The notes under the pieces are model-generated. The model ran no database searches, was not told the DNA's origin, and was given only the letters and a program-made list of their open reading frames with translations. Both the position numbers and the translations under genes were made by a program. From Clostridia bacterium (GTDB lineage: Bacteria; Bacillota; Clostridia; Oscillospirales; CAG-272), in contig JAFSUT010000032.1 of assembly GCA_017445085.1 (NCBI GenBank), forward strand, positions 1 through 43,135: a stretch of DNA of 43,135 nucleotides, written 5' to 3'. Shown one piece after another: positions 1 to 10,077 of this stretch; the first letter of the stretch is position 1, and each line of letters starts with the position of its first letter.

Positions 1-4
1 CTCT

Positions 5-123
5 TTGACCCGAAAGGGATGGATTTGTGCGCAGATTTGGGTGCGGACGACGAAGCCTTACTTCGTAAGGCAAGGAGGAGAAACCCAAAGATGCCGCAAA
101 GGCACTGTTTCGGGCGGGTTCAA
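5..123. repeat. Nested imperfect palindrome / structured intergenic element downstream of the CdaR-like gene
   Basis: Apical perfect stem GCCTTAC(55-61)-TTC-GTAAGGC(65-71); middle imperfect arms TTTGTGCGCAGATTTGGGT / ACCCAAAGATGCCGCAAA; outer arms CCCGAAA / TTTCGGG. May be truncated by the window edge. Confidence 0.5.
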
Positions 124-161
124 ATTCGCGCCATCTTCCTACATTCCCACAATACGAAAAT

Positions 162-1247
162 TTAGAATTTGACGGGCTTGGAGGTCAGATATTTCTTGAC
201 CATCAGCGCCACCTTAAAGGTGATGGCGTGCTCAAACTCGCGCAGGTCAAGCCCCGTGATCTTGCGGATCTTTTCCAGGCGGTAAACCAGCGTGTTTCTA
301 TGTACAAACAGTTTTCTCGACGTCTCCGAAACGTTGAGATTATTTTCAAAAAAGCACTGTACGGTCATCAGGGTCTCACGGTCCAGCGACTCGATGGAGC
401 CCTTTTTGAACACTTCCTGCAAGAACATCTCGCAAAGCGTGGTCGGCAGTTGATAGATCAGGCGCCCGATGCCGAGATTTTCATAGCTGATGATGTTTTT
501 CTCGGTGTCAAACACCTTGCCGACTTCGATCGCCACCTGCGCCTCTTTATAGGCGCGGGCAAGATCCTTGATGTTGTCCACCACGGTACTGATCCCGATG
601 GCGACCTTGGTATAAAACTCGGACGAAAGCGTCTGCGCCACCGTCTGCGCAAGATCTTCGATCTCGTGCGTGTCGGTCGTGTTTTTCACTTCCTTGACGA
701 GGACGATATCGTTTTCGCCGACGCTGATGACATAGTCGTGATTTTTGTCGGGGTACATATTTTGTACCATCTCATAGGGGAGCATATCGGTCTTGCCGTA
801 GAATTTGATGAGGAAGACCACACGGCTCTCCTCGGTGTTAAAGCGCAGTTCTTTTCCCTTGATGTAAATATCGCTGGGCAGGATGTTGTCAAGGATGATG
901 TTTTTGATAAAGGAGCACTTGTCGTACTTTTCATCATACAGATTTTTGATATTGGCAAGCGATACGGCAAGCAGCGCCGCCGTGCTTTCCGCCGCGGCGT
1001 CCTCGCCGGAAACGAACACCGCGTACTCAAACTTGACCCCCGTCCCGATGGGGCGGTAGGTAAACCCGTCGATCTTCACGCGGTCGCCGGCATACGCAAG
1101 TTCCTCGCGCACGCGCGGGCGCGCCTCGCCGATGCGTCCGAGTTCGCTGCACGCGATGACCGTGCCGCTCTCGTCAATGACGCCGATGGAACGGTCGGTC
1201 GCTTCGGTCATTTGATGGATCACGCCTTGAAACAGTCTGTTCGACAT
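162..1247 (-). CDS. CdaR/PucR-family transcriptional regulator (sugar-diacid-recognition N-terminus, GGDEF-like middle, PucR C-terminal HTH)
   Basis: C-terminal NLNVSETSRKLFVHRNTLVYRLEKI HTH signature; N-terminal IGVIDESGTVIACS; GGAGG RBS favours the ATG at 1247 (MSNRLF). Confidence 0.88.
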   Translation of the reverse strand: MSNRLFQGVIHQMTEATDRSIGVIDESGTVIACSELGRIGEARPRVREELAYAGDRVKIDGFTYRPIGTGVKFEYAVFVSGEDAAAESTAALLAVSLANIKNLYDEKYDKCSFIKNIILDNILPSDIYIKGKELRFNTEESRVVFLIKFYGKTDMLPYEMVQNMYPDKNHDYVISVGENDIVLVKEVKNTTDTHEIEDLAQTVAQTLSSEFYTKVAIGISTVVDNIKDLARAYKEAQVAIEVGKVFDTEKNIISYENLGIGRLIYQLPTTLCEMFLQEVFKKGSIESLDRETLMTVQCFFENNLNVSETSRKLFVHRNTLVYRLEKIRKITGLDLREFEHAITFKVALMVKKYLTSKPVKF

Positions 1248-1300
1248 TGATTTATCCTCCATAGCGATTAAAAATTCACATAAAAGCGGGGGCTTTACCG

Positions 1301-2062
1301 TCAGATCAGTTTAACGGTAAAATAAATGGCGGCGAGCAGATATATGCCGCACAAAAAGACGAGAACGTAGGTGACGAGTCCGCCAAAGAAAAGCGAGACC
1401 GCAAGGGCGCAAAGCGCAAGCACCGCGCCGATATAGACCGCAGCTGTATTCAGCTTGTCCGCCGCGACCGTCCTGCCGTCCGCGATCTGCACGTGGGTAC
1501 GTGCGGCGGCGCGGCGGATCATCGTGACGCTGAAAAGCGCCGCAAGGACCGTACCCACGATCAAAAGCAGGTTCCAGAGGGCGCCTTTGCCAAATGCCGT
1601 GCTGCCGACCATCGCCGCCGCGATCGCACCGATCACGGTTTCCAGCGTAAAATAGAAGAAGTCCGGCAGGTAGATCTCATAAACGAAAAAGAGGAGCGCC
1701 GCGGCAAAGAGCGCGATCACGGCGTGCATCTCATCAAACTTGGCAAGTACGAGGAGCGTCGCGGCAAACGAAGCGGCAACGCCGAGGATGAGCGAGGAAG
1801 AAAAAACGCGCATCGTTTCATCCGCCCCCGTGCGTAGGCAAAAGATCTTATAGCAAAGCGCACCGACAAACAAAAGCGCACCGGCGCCCATGACCCACGG
1901 CATAGCGCCGGTACGAAACGCGAGTGCAAATCTGCCGTTGTTGCCCATACGAATGAGAAACACCGTCAAAACCACGAGTGCGATAAACACCACCGTCATC
2001 TTGGAAAAAACGACGTTGGCACGTTCTTCTTTGGATTTTACTTTTTCTTTTCTGTTTTCCAC
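1301..2062 (-). CDS. Hypothetical multi-pass membrane protein (253 aa)
   Basis: About 7-8 hydrophobic segments; GTG start with GGAG upstream; closely follows rsmE on the same strand. Confidence 0.75.
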   Translation of the reverse strand: MENRKEKVKSKEERANVVFSKMTVVFIALVVLTVFLIRMGNNGRFALAFRTGAMPWVMGAGALLFVGALCYKIFCLRTGADETMRVFSSSLILGVAASFAATLLVLAKFDEMHAVIALFAAALLFFVYEIYLPDFFYFTLETVIGAIAAAMVGSTAFGKGALWNLLLIVGTVLAALFSVTMIRRAAARTHVQIADGRTVAADKLNTAAVYIGAVLALCALAVSLFFGGLVTYVLVFLCGIYLLAAIYFTVKLI

Positions 2063-2068
2063 GATCTT

Positions 2069-2815
2069 TCACTCCGTTAATTCAAATTCATAAGCAATAC
2101 ACGCCAGCGCAAACGCAGGCGCACTCTCGCAACGCAAGATCCGCGGACCGAGCGAGCACATGGAAAACCCGCGTGCCGCCGCCGCCTGTGCCTCCGCGAC
2201 CGAAAAGCCGCCCTCACTGCCGATGACCAGCGATATGCGCTCCGGCTTTTGTCCCCGCACCGCCGAAAGGACCCGACGGAGCGACACGGTGCCGTCCCCC
2301 TCGTAGCAAAAGAGGGAGAGATCCGCATCCGCCGCCGCATCCAGCATCCCATCAAAAGAGAGGGAGGGTGAGACCTGCGGCAGGAACCCGCGGCCGCACT
2401 GTTTTGCCGCCTCGTCGGCAATGCGCTGCCAGCGCGCGCCCTTGCGGGCAAGCGCCTGCCCCTCGGGGCGTGCGATGCACCGCGAGGACAAAAACGGCAC
2501 GACGGATCTTACGCCGCATTCCACCGCTTTTTGCACGATGGAATCCATTTTGTCCCCTTTGGGAAACGCCTGGTACAACACGATCCCGACAGGCGACTCG
2601 CTGCCCGACGCGCTTTTCGACAGGATGCGCGCGATCACCTCGCCGTCGGTAATTTTTTCGAGTTTACAGGCATATTCGTCGCCGCAAAAGGCGCAAACCG
2701 TCAGAGCGTCGCCGACCGCCATACGAAGCGACCGCGCGATATGCCACGCGTCGTCCCCGACGATCGAAATCGACCCGTCCGCGATCTGCCCGTCCGGCAC
2801 AAAAAATCTGGGCAT
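2069..2815 (-). CDS. rsmE: 16S rRNA (uracil1498-N3)-methyltransferase RsmE
   Basis: MPRFFV start, HIARSLRM, KGDKMDSIVQKAVECG, AAKQCGR, IGSEGGF, LGPRILRCESA motifs. Confidence 0.95.
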   Translation of the reverse strand: MPRFFVPDGQIADGSISIVGDDAWHIARSLRMAVGDALTVCAFCGDEYACKLEKITDGEVIARILSKSASGSESPVGIVLYQAFPKGDKMDSIVQKAVECGVRSVVPFLSSRCIARPEGQALARKGARWQRIADEAAKQCGRGFLPQVSPSLSFDGMLDAAADADLSLFCYEGDGTVSLRRVLSAVRGQKPERISLVIGSEGGFSVAEAQAAAARGFSMCSLGPRILRCESAPAFALACIAYEFELTE

Positions 2816-2853
2816 AGATCCCCCAATATCCGCATTACGTTATATTCTTTATT

Positions 2854-2882
2854 ATTATACAATATGTTTTCAAAAATGTAAA
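2854..2882 (-). promoter_or_regulatory. sigma-A-like promoter for rsmE operon
   Basis: Minus strand TTTACA-N17-TATAAT. Confidence 0.6.
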
Positions 2883-2969
2883 TAGATTTGTGTAACATTT
2901 CTAAAAAAACTCCCGACCGATAGACAAAGCGCACAAACCAAGACGAAAAATCCCATAAAAATGACGAAA

Positions 2970-3015
2970 ATAAAAAGAGGAATGTAAAGCGTCTTCCATC
3001 TTTACATCCCCCTTG
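2970..3015 (-). terminator. Intrinsic terminator after the YhaN-like ATPase
   Basis: Minus strand GGGGGATGTAAAG...CTTTACATTCCTC followed by TTTTTATTTT. Confidence 0.6.
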
Positions 3016-3042
3016 ATTTGATTTTCGCCGGAGAAGGAGAAT

Positions 3043-5298
3043 TTATCTCCCCGAAAGCATGATATGATTGCAAACCATCACGCGATCCGCGATTTTGCCC
3101 TCCCTTGTGTGGCAGGTAAAAACAAGCGACTGTGTGCCGCCCTCGGCAAGTCCGCCGAGCAGACGGAGCATTTTTTCGGTGCGTGCGTCGTCGATATGCG
3201 CAAAGCACTCGTCAAGGAGGAGCGGCGCCTTTTCCTTTGCAAACAAAAGGTCTGCAAGCGCGATGCGCAGGGCAAAATAAGCGCATTCCCGCGTGCCGTG
3301 CGAGAGATACGCCACGTCGTGCGCGCCGCCTGCCGCAAGGAAGGTCATGCCAAGATCGTTATCCACGCCGAGCTCCTCGTACCGCCCGTCGGTGATCGCC
3401 CGCAAAAGCTTGCCCGCGGAGGACGCAAGACGGGGAGAGATCCGCGTGCGCAGTCCCTCCGACGCGTTTTCAAGCGCCGTTTGCGCCAGCATCGTCGCCT
3501 CCGCTTTTGCCTTTGCCGCCTGCAGTTTTTTCTTCATGGCGGAGAGTGCGGCGGAGAGCGGCGCGGGAGGTTCCGCCGTGGCGCGGAGCGCCGCCAGCGA
3601 CTGCTCAAGGTCGCTCTTTTTGGTCGTCAGCGCCTCCATGGCGTTTTCGGCAAAGTCACGCTTGCGCGTGCAGTCGGCGATATCAAAGGTTTCAAACACC
3701 GAGAGGTCGGGGATCACCGACAGCGACGCTTCCACCGCCGCGCGGTCAAACGCCGCGTTTTCTTCCCGCAGATGCGCCGTTTTCGTCTCGGCGTCGTGCA
3801 GGGCGGCGCGCAGATCCCGCTGCTTTGCAAAATAAGCGTCCAGCGCCGAAAGCAGGGCGGCGGCGTCTCCGTTTTCCCCGCCGCGACGGCGCACTTCTTC
3901 TTCCAGCGCGCGCTTTGCCTCTGCCGCGGCGGCGCTTTCACTTTCATAAAGTTCCCGCGCGGCGGCGAGTTCCGCCTCCGCCGTGCGTACGCCGTTTTCC
4001 GCCTGCGCGTAGTTTTCCTCCGCCTCTTTTGCCTTTGCCGAGAGTTCCGAGAGGTTGTATACGCCAAACGTCCGAAGCACGGTTTTCGTCCCCCGGCGGC
4101 GCAGTCCCGAAAAGATCAGCAAGGCGGCGCCGAGCGCACAGAGGATCCCCCCGCCGACATAGCCGTAGAGCGACGGCAGGCGGAAAAGATAGGCCACGCC
4201 GATCAGCGCAAGTCCGCAAATCAGCGCAAGGATCCCGAAGACCGAAAAGATCCGGGCGGCGGTCATCGTGCGGGACGCGCGTCTTGCCGCGGCGGTGAGC
4301 GCCTCGGACGGCTTGTCCCCGGAGAGCGCCTGTGCGGCAGCGTCGGCGGCGGCGCTTTTGTTTTGCAGTCGCCCCTGCGCCTCGGCGGCGCGAAGTTCGA
4401 GGAGGCGTGCGTTTTCCATCATTTGCTTGAGGCGCTCCATGTAGGCGTTATCCGGCACAAAGCCGTCAAAGCGCGTATCAAGTTCTTGCAGCGCCGTCCG
4501 CAACTGCACCGCCCGTTGTTCCTCGGCGTCCGCCTTTTGAAACCGGAGGTGCGCAAGATAGTCGGCATAGAGTTCACACAGGCGGCGATAGCGCTGCGCG
4601 TCGGTCTTGTTGCTCTCAATGCGGGCTGCCGTGTCGGCGAGGCTCCCCTCTTTGGCGATGATCTCGCTGTTGCCGGCAAGCGCCTTATCCAGCCGTTCTT
4701 CAAGCACGGCGATCTCGTTTTCAAGGTCGCAGATCAGCCCGCCCTTGCCGTTTTTGTGCAAAAGCGAAACGCGCAAAGCGTCCAGTCGCTTTTGCGCCTT
4801 TTCGGTGCTGACGGTCTCATCCGCCGAAAACAGCAGGTTTTCGATCGCCGCCGAGAGTTCCTCGCCGCCGGTATACCCCTCTCCGCTCTGCGTGATGACC
4901 GCCGTCTTTTCAAACACCGTTTCGGGGACAAAAAGCAACGCCTCCCCCGGGTTTTCGCCTTTGAATACCGCACATCGGCGGTCCAGGTCGCTCACCGCCA
5001 CGCTCTCGCGAAAGCCGCTTTGCGTGCGGTGGATTACACGGTCGATCCGAAAATGCCCGCCCGACGTCGAAAGTTCCATACTGCCGCCAAGCGACGGCTC
5101 GCCAAAGCCGAGATAGAGCTGCCGCGCGGACGGCTCCCCCTTGGAGGACGCGCCGTAAAGCATAAAGCGGATGAACGCCGCCACCGTGCTTTTGCCGCTC
5201 TCATTTTCGCCCTCGATGATATTGACGCCGCGATCAAAGCGCAAAGTATAATCCTTTTTGCCCATAAAGGAATCTATATGTATCTGTTCGATCCTCAT
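3043..5298 (-). CDS. SbcC/Rad50-like (YhaN-type) AAA ATPase with coiled coil and central hydrophobic segments
   Basis: Walker A GENESGKST, long coiled coil, two TM-like helices, signature LSHGTRE, Walker B LLLDECF, FTCH. Confidence 0.88.
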   Translation of the reverse strand: MRIEQIHIDSFMGKKDYTLRFDRGVNIIEGENESGKSTVAAFIRFMLYGASSKGEPSARQLYLGFGEPSLGGSMELSTSGGHFRIDRVIHRTQSGFRESVAVSDLDRRCAVFKGENPGEALLFVPETVFEKTAVITQSGEGYTGGEELSAAIENLLFSADETVSTEKAQKRLDALRVSLLHKNGKGGLICDLENEIAVLEERLDKALAGNSEIIAKEGSLADTAARIESNKTDAQRYRRLCELYADYLAHLRFQKADAEEQRAVQLRTALQELDTRFDGFVPDNAYMERLKQMMENARLLELRAAEAQGRLQNKSAAADAAAQALSGDKPSEALTAAARRASRTMTAARIFSVFGILALICGLALIGVAYLFRLPSLYGYVGGGILCALGAALLIFSGLRRRGTKTVLRTFGVYNLSELSAKAKEAEENYAQAENGVRTAEAELAAARELYESESAAAAEAKRALEEEVRRRGGENGDAAALLSALDAYFAKQRDLRAALHDAETKTAHLREENAAFDRAAVEASLSVIPDLSVFETFDIADCTRKRDFAENAMEALTTKKSDLEQSLAALRATAEPPAPLSAALSAMKKKLQAAKAKAEATMLAQTALENASEGLRTRISPRLASSAGKLLRAITDGRYEELGVDNDLGMTFLAAGGAHDVAYLSHGTRECAYFALRIALADLLFAKEKAPLLLDECFAHIDDARTEKMLRLLGGLAEGGTQSLVFTCHTREGKIADRVMVCNHIMLSGR

Positions 5299-5328
5299 CC
5301 GTAAAAACCTTTCCTTCCTTTATGCGTT

Positions 5329-6471
5329 TTAATCGGTCAGGCTTCTGCCTTCCAGCGCCGCCAGCCCGAGTTTGAGCGCTTCACGCGCGCACGAGCGCGT
5401 CTCGGCGTCCCCTGCTGTGAGCGACGGCAGGAGCGCACGGTAGAGTTCGCCGCGCATCGTCATATCCTTTTCCAGCATCCCGCCGTCAAACGTCGGCGTA
5501 GTCTCATCGACGATCTCCAGCGAAAACAGTCCGCGCACCGCGCTTTCCAGCCGCGACGGATTTTCGATTTCCGGCGACACCGCGCCCGTGAGCGTCACGC
5601 GCAAGAGGGTCTTGTCGTCGTACTTTTTTTCTTTGATCACGCCGTCGATGGCGGCGGCAATATCCGCAAGCGTCTGCGCGCCGCCGACGTCCACCTTTTC
5701 CACGGCGTACATCCTGCGCCAGGTGGGGATGCGCTTGACCGTCACGGCAAAATCTCCGCCGGTCGCCGCCTCGATGAGATTGACGCCGCCCTCGCCGCAC
5801 TCGTCAAAGCTCCTGCCTTCCACCACGCCGGAATACGACCAGACGACGTTTCCCTCGCGCATGACCTCGGGCGTTTTGTGGATATGCGAAAAGGCGTTGT
5901 AATGCGCCCCGAAGCCGACAACGTCGGCGCGTGTGACGGGGGCGTATTTGGAAAGGGGCGAGGACATATCGCAATGCCCGCAGCAGAGATGCAGTCTGCC
6001 GTTGTCATCCGCGCTTTTGCCGGCAAGCGGACTTTGCAGGAGCGAATCGCCCGTAAACGCCCAGCCGTACACCTCGGTGTTCAGATCCTCAAACACAAAG
6101 CGCGAAAGCGTGCTGTCGCTGAAAACGTAGACGTTTTTCGGCAATTTCTTCGCCGCGTACAGACTGCCGCGCGTATAGGGGTCGTGATTGCCCGGCGAAA
6201 TGACGAAACGGCAATCGGGCATCCCCGAAAACTCTTTGCAAAGCAGGTCCACCGTCTCCGCCGTGGCGTAACCGTCGTCAAACAGGTCGCCCGAAATCAA
6301 AACGATATCCACCGCCGCCTCTTTTGCATAGTACATAATGGAAGTAAACGTGGCGCGAAACTCCCTGCGCCGGATCTCGCTTTTATCCACGCCGAGCGAG
6401 GAAAAAGGGGAGTCGAGGTGCAAGTCGCCCATATGCAAGATCTTGATTTTTTCCTTAAATGCTTTACTCAA
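5329..6471 (-). CDS. SbcD/Mre11-like (YhaO-type) metallophosphoesterase DNA repair exonuclease
   Basis: DLHLD, GDLFD, GNHD, SHIH motifs; paired with the downstream ATPase. Confidence 0.9.
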   Translation of the reverse strand: MSKAFKEKIKILHMGDLHLDSPFSSLGVDKSEIRRREFRATFTSIMYYAKEAAVDIVLISGDLFDDGYATAETVDLLCKEFSGMPDCRFVISPGNHDPYTRGSLYAAKKLPKNVYVFSDSTLSRFVFEDLNTEVYGWAFTGDSLLQSPLAGKSADDNGRLHLCCGHCDMSSPLSKYAPVTRADVVGFGAHYNAFSHIHKTPEVMREGNVVWSYSGVVEGRSFDECGEGGVNLIEAATGGDFAVTVKRIPTWRRMYAVEKVDVGGAQTLADIAAAIDGVIKEKKYDDKTLLRVTLTGAVSPEIENPSRLESAVRGLFSLEIVDETTPTFDGGMLEKDMTMRGELYRALLPSLTAGDAETRSCAREALKLGLAALEGRSLTD

Positions 6472-6565
6472 ACCGTTGCCTGTTCCTTTCCGCTTTGCGT
6501 GCCGGGCACGCCCGCTTGAACGGTTTTGCGTTCAAGCCGCAATTGATGGTTTTATTTTACCATAT

Positions 6566-8110
6566 TCATTCCGCTTTGCAAACAGTTTTTTTGCCGCGCG
6601 AGAAAATATTTTTGAGCCACGCCCACTCCCCGGCGGAGAAAACGCCGAAAAGACGGGAAAAAAGGAGATACAAACCGATATAGACAAGGAGCGCCGCCAA
6701 AAGCTGCGGCACGGCGCCGCCCGCCTCGACGCCAAAAAAGCAAAGACGGGCGAGGTTGCCCGCCGCCGCCGCGGAAAGGAGGGGCGCAAGCATCCATCGC
6801 CACACCGATACGCGCATCGGCAAAAGCGAGAGCAGGCGGGAAAAACTGAGGACCGTGTTGACCGTTTCCGAAAGATAGATCACGAGGATGTATCCCATCA
6901 CACCGAGCCGGGGGACGAGCAGCCAGACGAGGAGCGCCGAGACGCCCGCGTCCGCAATGTTGACAAACATCACGTAGACCTGCGCGCCCAACCCTTTGAG
7001 CATGGCGTCCACTGCGGTGTCCGCAAACATCACCGGCATCAGCGGCGCAAACAGCCGCAGGTAGATCGCCGCGTCCCCGCTTTTGTAGACGGCGCGGCAG
7101 ATCGCAAGAGGAAAGGTGCAAAACGCACCGGCGCACAGGATCGAAAACCATACCGTGACCGAAACGGCGCGGGCGCCGACGTAGGCGATCCCGGTTTTGT
7201 TTTTTGCGGCGTCCATCTCGGTCACCTCGGGGATCAGCAGTCCCGAAAAGGCGCCGATAAACGCCGACGGGTACAAAACGAGCGGCAGCGCCGCCGCCGT
7301 GACGACGCCGTAGGTAGCGAGCGCCGCGCTGTCGCCGTAGGCGGCAAGCCCTATGGGGATGAGGATATGTTCCAGCGTCACGAGCCCCGAACGCACGTAC
7401 GCCGAGCCTGCCACGGGCAGAGCGTTTTGCGCGGTGGCGGCAAGCGGAAAGCCGCGGCAGTCGCGCGAGAGATGACGTGCGTCCGCAAGATACACCGCCG
7501 TTTCCGCGAGAAAGGAAACGATCTCGCCGACGCTGCCGCCCAGCACCAGCGCAAGGCAGGCGTAGGCGATACCGCGCCAGGAAAGGGCGGCGAGGAGCAG
7601 GGTCGTTGCAAGGATCTTTACCGCCTGCTCAAACACACCGGAAAGCGCGCTTTTCCACACGCGGCGCACCGCCGAAAAATAGCCGGCGTACGCCGAGGAG
7701 AGCGAAAGCGGGAGCAGAGAAAGCGAAAGCGCGCGCAGGGACGCCGCCGCACGCAGATCGAGGAGAAGATGCGCGGCGATCCACCGCGAAAAGAAAAAAA
7801 CCGCAAGCGTTGCCGCACTGCCGAACAGCGCCGCGTAGAGGAGGCAGGCGCGCATTGCCCCGCGAAGTTCTTTTTTCTCGCCCCGCCCGAAATGGAGCGC
7901 ACACAGGCGCGTTGCCGCAAGTCCGACGCCGGAGGTGGCAAAGGTCACCGCAAATGAATACACGCTCATCACCAGCGAGTACAGCCCCATCGCCTCTTTG
8001 CCGATCTCGCGCACGCAAAACGAGTTGAACGCCACCCCGACCGTCCGCATACAAAGCGTGCAAAGTCCCAGCGTCAGCGCCCCGTAAAAATACTGTCTTG
8101 CCCGTTTCAA
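6566..8110 (-). CDS. SpoVB/MurJ-like polysaccharide biosynthesis (MOP) flippase
   Basis: 514 aa with many TM helices; IGKEAMGLYSL, ATSGV, FEQAVKI motifs typical of SpoVB; TTG start with AGGAGG. Confidence 0.82.
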   Translation of the reverse strand: MKRARQYFYGALTLGLCTLCMRTVGVAFNSFCVREIGKEAMGLYSLVMSVYSFAVTFATSGVGLAATRLCALHFGRGEKKELRGAMRACLLYAALFGSAATLAVFFFSRWIAAHLLLDLRAAASLRALSLSLLPLSLSSAYAGYFSAVRRVWKSALSGVFEQAVKILATTLLLAALSWRGIAYACLALVLGGSVGEIVSFLAETAVYLADARHLSRDCRGFPLAATAQNALPVAGSAYVRSGLVTLEHILIPIGLAAYGDSAALATYGVVTAAALPLVLYPSAFIGAFSGLLIPEVTEMDAAKNKTGIAYVGARAVSVTVWFSILCAGAFCTFPLAICRAVYKSGDAAIYLRLFAPLMPVMFADTAVDAMLKGLGAQVYVMFVNIADAGVSALLVWLLVPRLGVMGYILVIYLSETVNTVLSFSRLLSLLPMRVSVWRWMLAPLLSAAAAGNLARLCFFGVEAGGAVPQLLAALLVYIGLYLLFSRLFGVFSAGEWAWLKNIFSRGKKTVCKAE

Positions 8111-8133
8111 AACGTCCCCTCCTTTTTCTCTCC

Positions 8134-8141
8134 ATTGTATG
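8134..8141 (-). promoter_or_regulatory. Possible sigma-E -10 element for the spoVB-like gene
   Basis: Minus strand CATACAAT matches the sigma-E -10 consensus; spoVB is sigma-E controlled in Bacillus subtilis. The -35 match is weak. Confidence 0.45.
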
Positions 8142-8200
8142 CGCCGCGCGCCGTTTTTCTTCCGGTATCGTCCGCGATTTTTACGGATTTTTTCTCCCCC

Positions 8201-8229
8201 TTGATTTTCAGCGGCGTTTGTCGTATAAT
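8201..8229 (+). promoter_or_regulatory. sigma-A promoter for the LTA synthase operon
   Basis: TTGATT-N17-TATAAT. Confidence 0.7.
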
Positions 8230-8288
8230 AAGGGCGTATTTATATTTGGAAGAAAACATCGGATGATAAAAGAACAGGAGAAAGAGTT

Positions 8289-10073
8289 ATGTTTGCATGG
8301 CAAACCGAAAAACGCCACACCGGCGCGCGTGCGGTCGCAGCGGCGGCAGTCGCCGCCGTCCTTTGCGGACTTGCCGTCGGATTTACCTCTCTGGGACTTG
8401 CCGCCGCCGTGATGCCGAACTGCGGTATGTTTGCAAGTTATCTTGCCCATCCGCTGATCCTTTTCTTAAATCTTTTGCCGCCGCTTTTGCTTTCGATCTT
8501 CTTTTGGCTTCTCTTTAACCGCGTGTGGGCGGCGGCGCTTTGCACCTCGCTCACCGTCCTGATCCCGAGTGTGATCCACTACTTCAAATACAGTTTTCGC
8601 GGCGACGTTTTGCTTGCCGAGGACTTTACGCTGGCGGCAGAATCCCAAAAAATGCTGGAAACCTACCGGCTGTTTTTCGATCTGCCGCTCGGTCTTGCGC
8701 TTGCCATTGCGATCCTCCTGCCGACCGCCGCGGCGATATTCTTTCGTGGGCGCTTTGCACGTCGCCTTGCGCCGCGCCTGATTGCCCTCCCCGTCCTTTT
8801 CTGTATGCTTGCCGTCTATCCGCTCTACGCCGACGACAGCATCTACGCAGAGGCGACCGCAAACAGCGACGCCATCAATCCGTGGTCGGATACGCAGGTG
8901 TACGTTTCCAAGGGATTCGTTTATCCGTTTTTACATACCGTCAAATCGGCGGCGCACCCCGCGCCTGCCGGCTATGACGCGTCGGCGGCAAAAGCGAAAC
9001 TCGACGCTTATACCTCCGCCGAGATCCCGAAAGACAAGCGCGTCAACATCGTCTGCACCATGCTGGAGGCGTTTAACGATTTCTCGCGCTTTGACAATTT
9101 CACTTTTACCGAAGATATTTACGAAAAATATCACGCGCTGGAGGCCCGCGGCGTTCACGGCGCGCTCGTCACCGACATTTTTGCGGGCGACACCCGCGTC
9201 AGCGAGCGCGAATTTCTCACGGGACTGCCCTACGACTGCCTGGACAATTTCATCTCCCCCGCAAACTCCTACGTGTGGTATCTCCGACAAAACGGCTATA
9301 CCACCACGGGGGCGCACCCCTGCTTTGCCTGGTTTTACAATCGGCAAAACATCAATCAAAATCTCGGATTTGAGACCTATCTGTTCAGCGAGAACTATTT
9401 TGCCCGCCGCACGGGGGCGGACATCACCTACGACGCAAGATACTTTCCGATGCTCTACGACCTCTACGTCGCGCGGGATAAGTCAAAGCCCTATTTTGCC
9501 TTCAACATCTCCTATCAGGGGCACGGTCCCTACCCCGCGACCGAACAGCACTATCAAAAGCCGTTTGTGAAAAACGGCGGCTGGTCGGAAGCGGACGACA
9601 CCATCCTCAACAACTACTTCCAAAGCATCAGCGAAACGGTGGAAATGCTGTACGCCTACTGCGAAAATATGCTTGCCGAAAAAGAACCGCTGGTCCTCGT
9701 CTTTTTCGGCGACCATATGCCGTGGCTCGGCAATATGGAATCGGTCTACGCCGCCGTCGGGCTCAACATCGACCCCTCCACCCCCGACGGCTTTGCCAAC
9801 CGCTATGAGACGCAATATCTGATCTTGGCAAACGACGCCGCCAAAAAACTGCTGGGCGATCCGTTTATCGGCAGTGCCGAAACGCTGAGCGCCAAGGTGC
9901 TGATGAACAAAGTCTTTTCGCTTTGCGGCTATGCGGGCAACGCCTATATGCAGTACACGAGCGACGTATTCTCCCGCGTCGGCGATATCCACCGCACCGA
10001 CAAAGCCGAAACCGAGGTGCAAAAAGAATTTGCCGCCGTTGCCTACTATTACAGGAGACATTTTATTTACTGA
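8289..10073 (+). CDS. LTA synthase family (LtaS/sulfatase superfamily) membrane protein
   Basis: N-terminal TM helices, then NIVCTMLEAF, AGDTRVSEREFLTG (catalytic Thr region), QGHGPY, FFGDHMP. Confidence 0.88.
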   Translation: MFAWQTEKRHTGARAVAAAAVAAVLCGLAVGFTSLGLAAAVMPNCGMFASYLAHPLILFLNLLPPLLLSIFFWLLFNRVWAAALCTSLTVLIPSVIHYFKYSFRGDVLLAEDFTLAAESQKMLETYRLFFDLPLGLALAIAILLPTAAAIFFRGRFARRLAPRLIALPVLFCMLAVYPLYADDSIYAEATANSDAINPWSDTQVYVSKGFVYPFLHTVKSAAHPAPAGYDASAAKAKLDAYTSAEIPKDKRVNIVCTMLEAFNDFSRFDNFTFTEDIYEKYHALEARGVHGALVTDIFAGDTRVSEREFLTGLPYDCLDNFISPANSYVWYLRQNGYTTTGAHPCFAWFYNRQNINQNLGFETYLFSENYFARRTGADITYDARYFPMLYDLYVARDKSKPYFAFNISYQGHGPYPATEQHYQKPFVKNGGWSEADDTILNNYFQSISETVEMLYAYCENMLAEKEPLVLVFFGDHMPWLGNMESVYAAVGLNIDPSTPDGFANRYETQYLILANDAAKKLLGDPFIGSAETLSAKVLMNKVFSLCGYAGNAYMQYTSDVFSRVGDIHRTDKAETEVQKEFAAVAYYYRRHFIY

Positions 10074-10077
10074 TCCG

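Noticed and set aside
2982-2998. cre (CcpA) site TGTAAAGCGTCTTCCA
   Set aside because: The spacing does not fit the 14-bp consensus, and the sequence is part of a terminator hairpin.
9931-10077. N-terminal extension of the GDPD ORF given in the ORF track
   Set aside because: It overlaps the LTA synthase gene; the ATG at 10078 gives a clean signal peptide.
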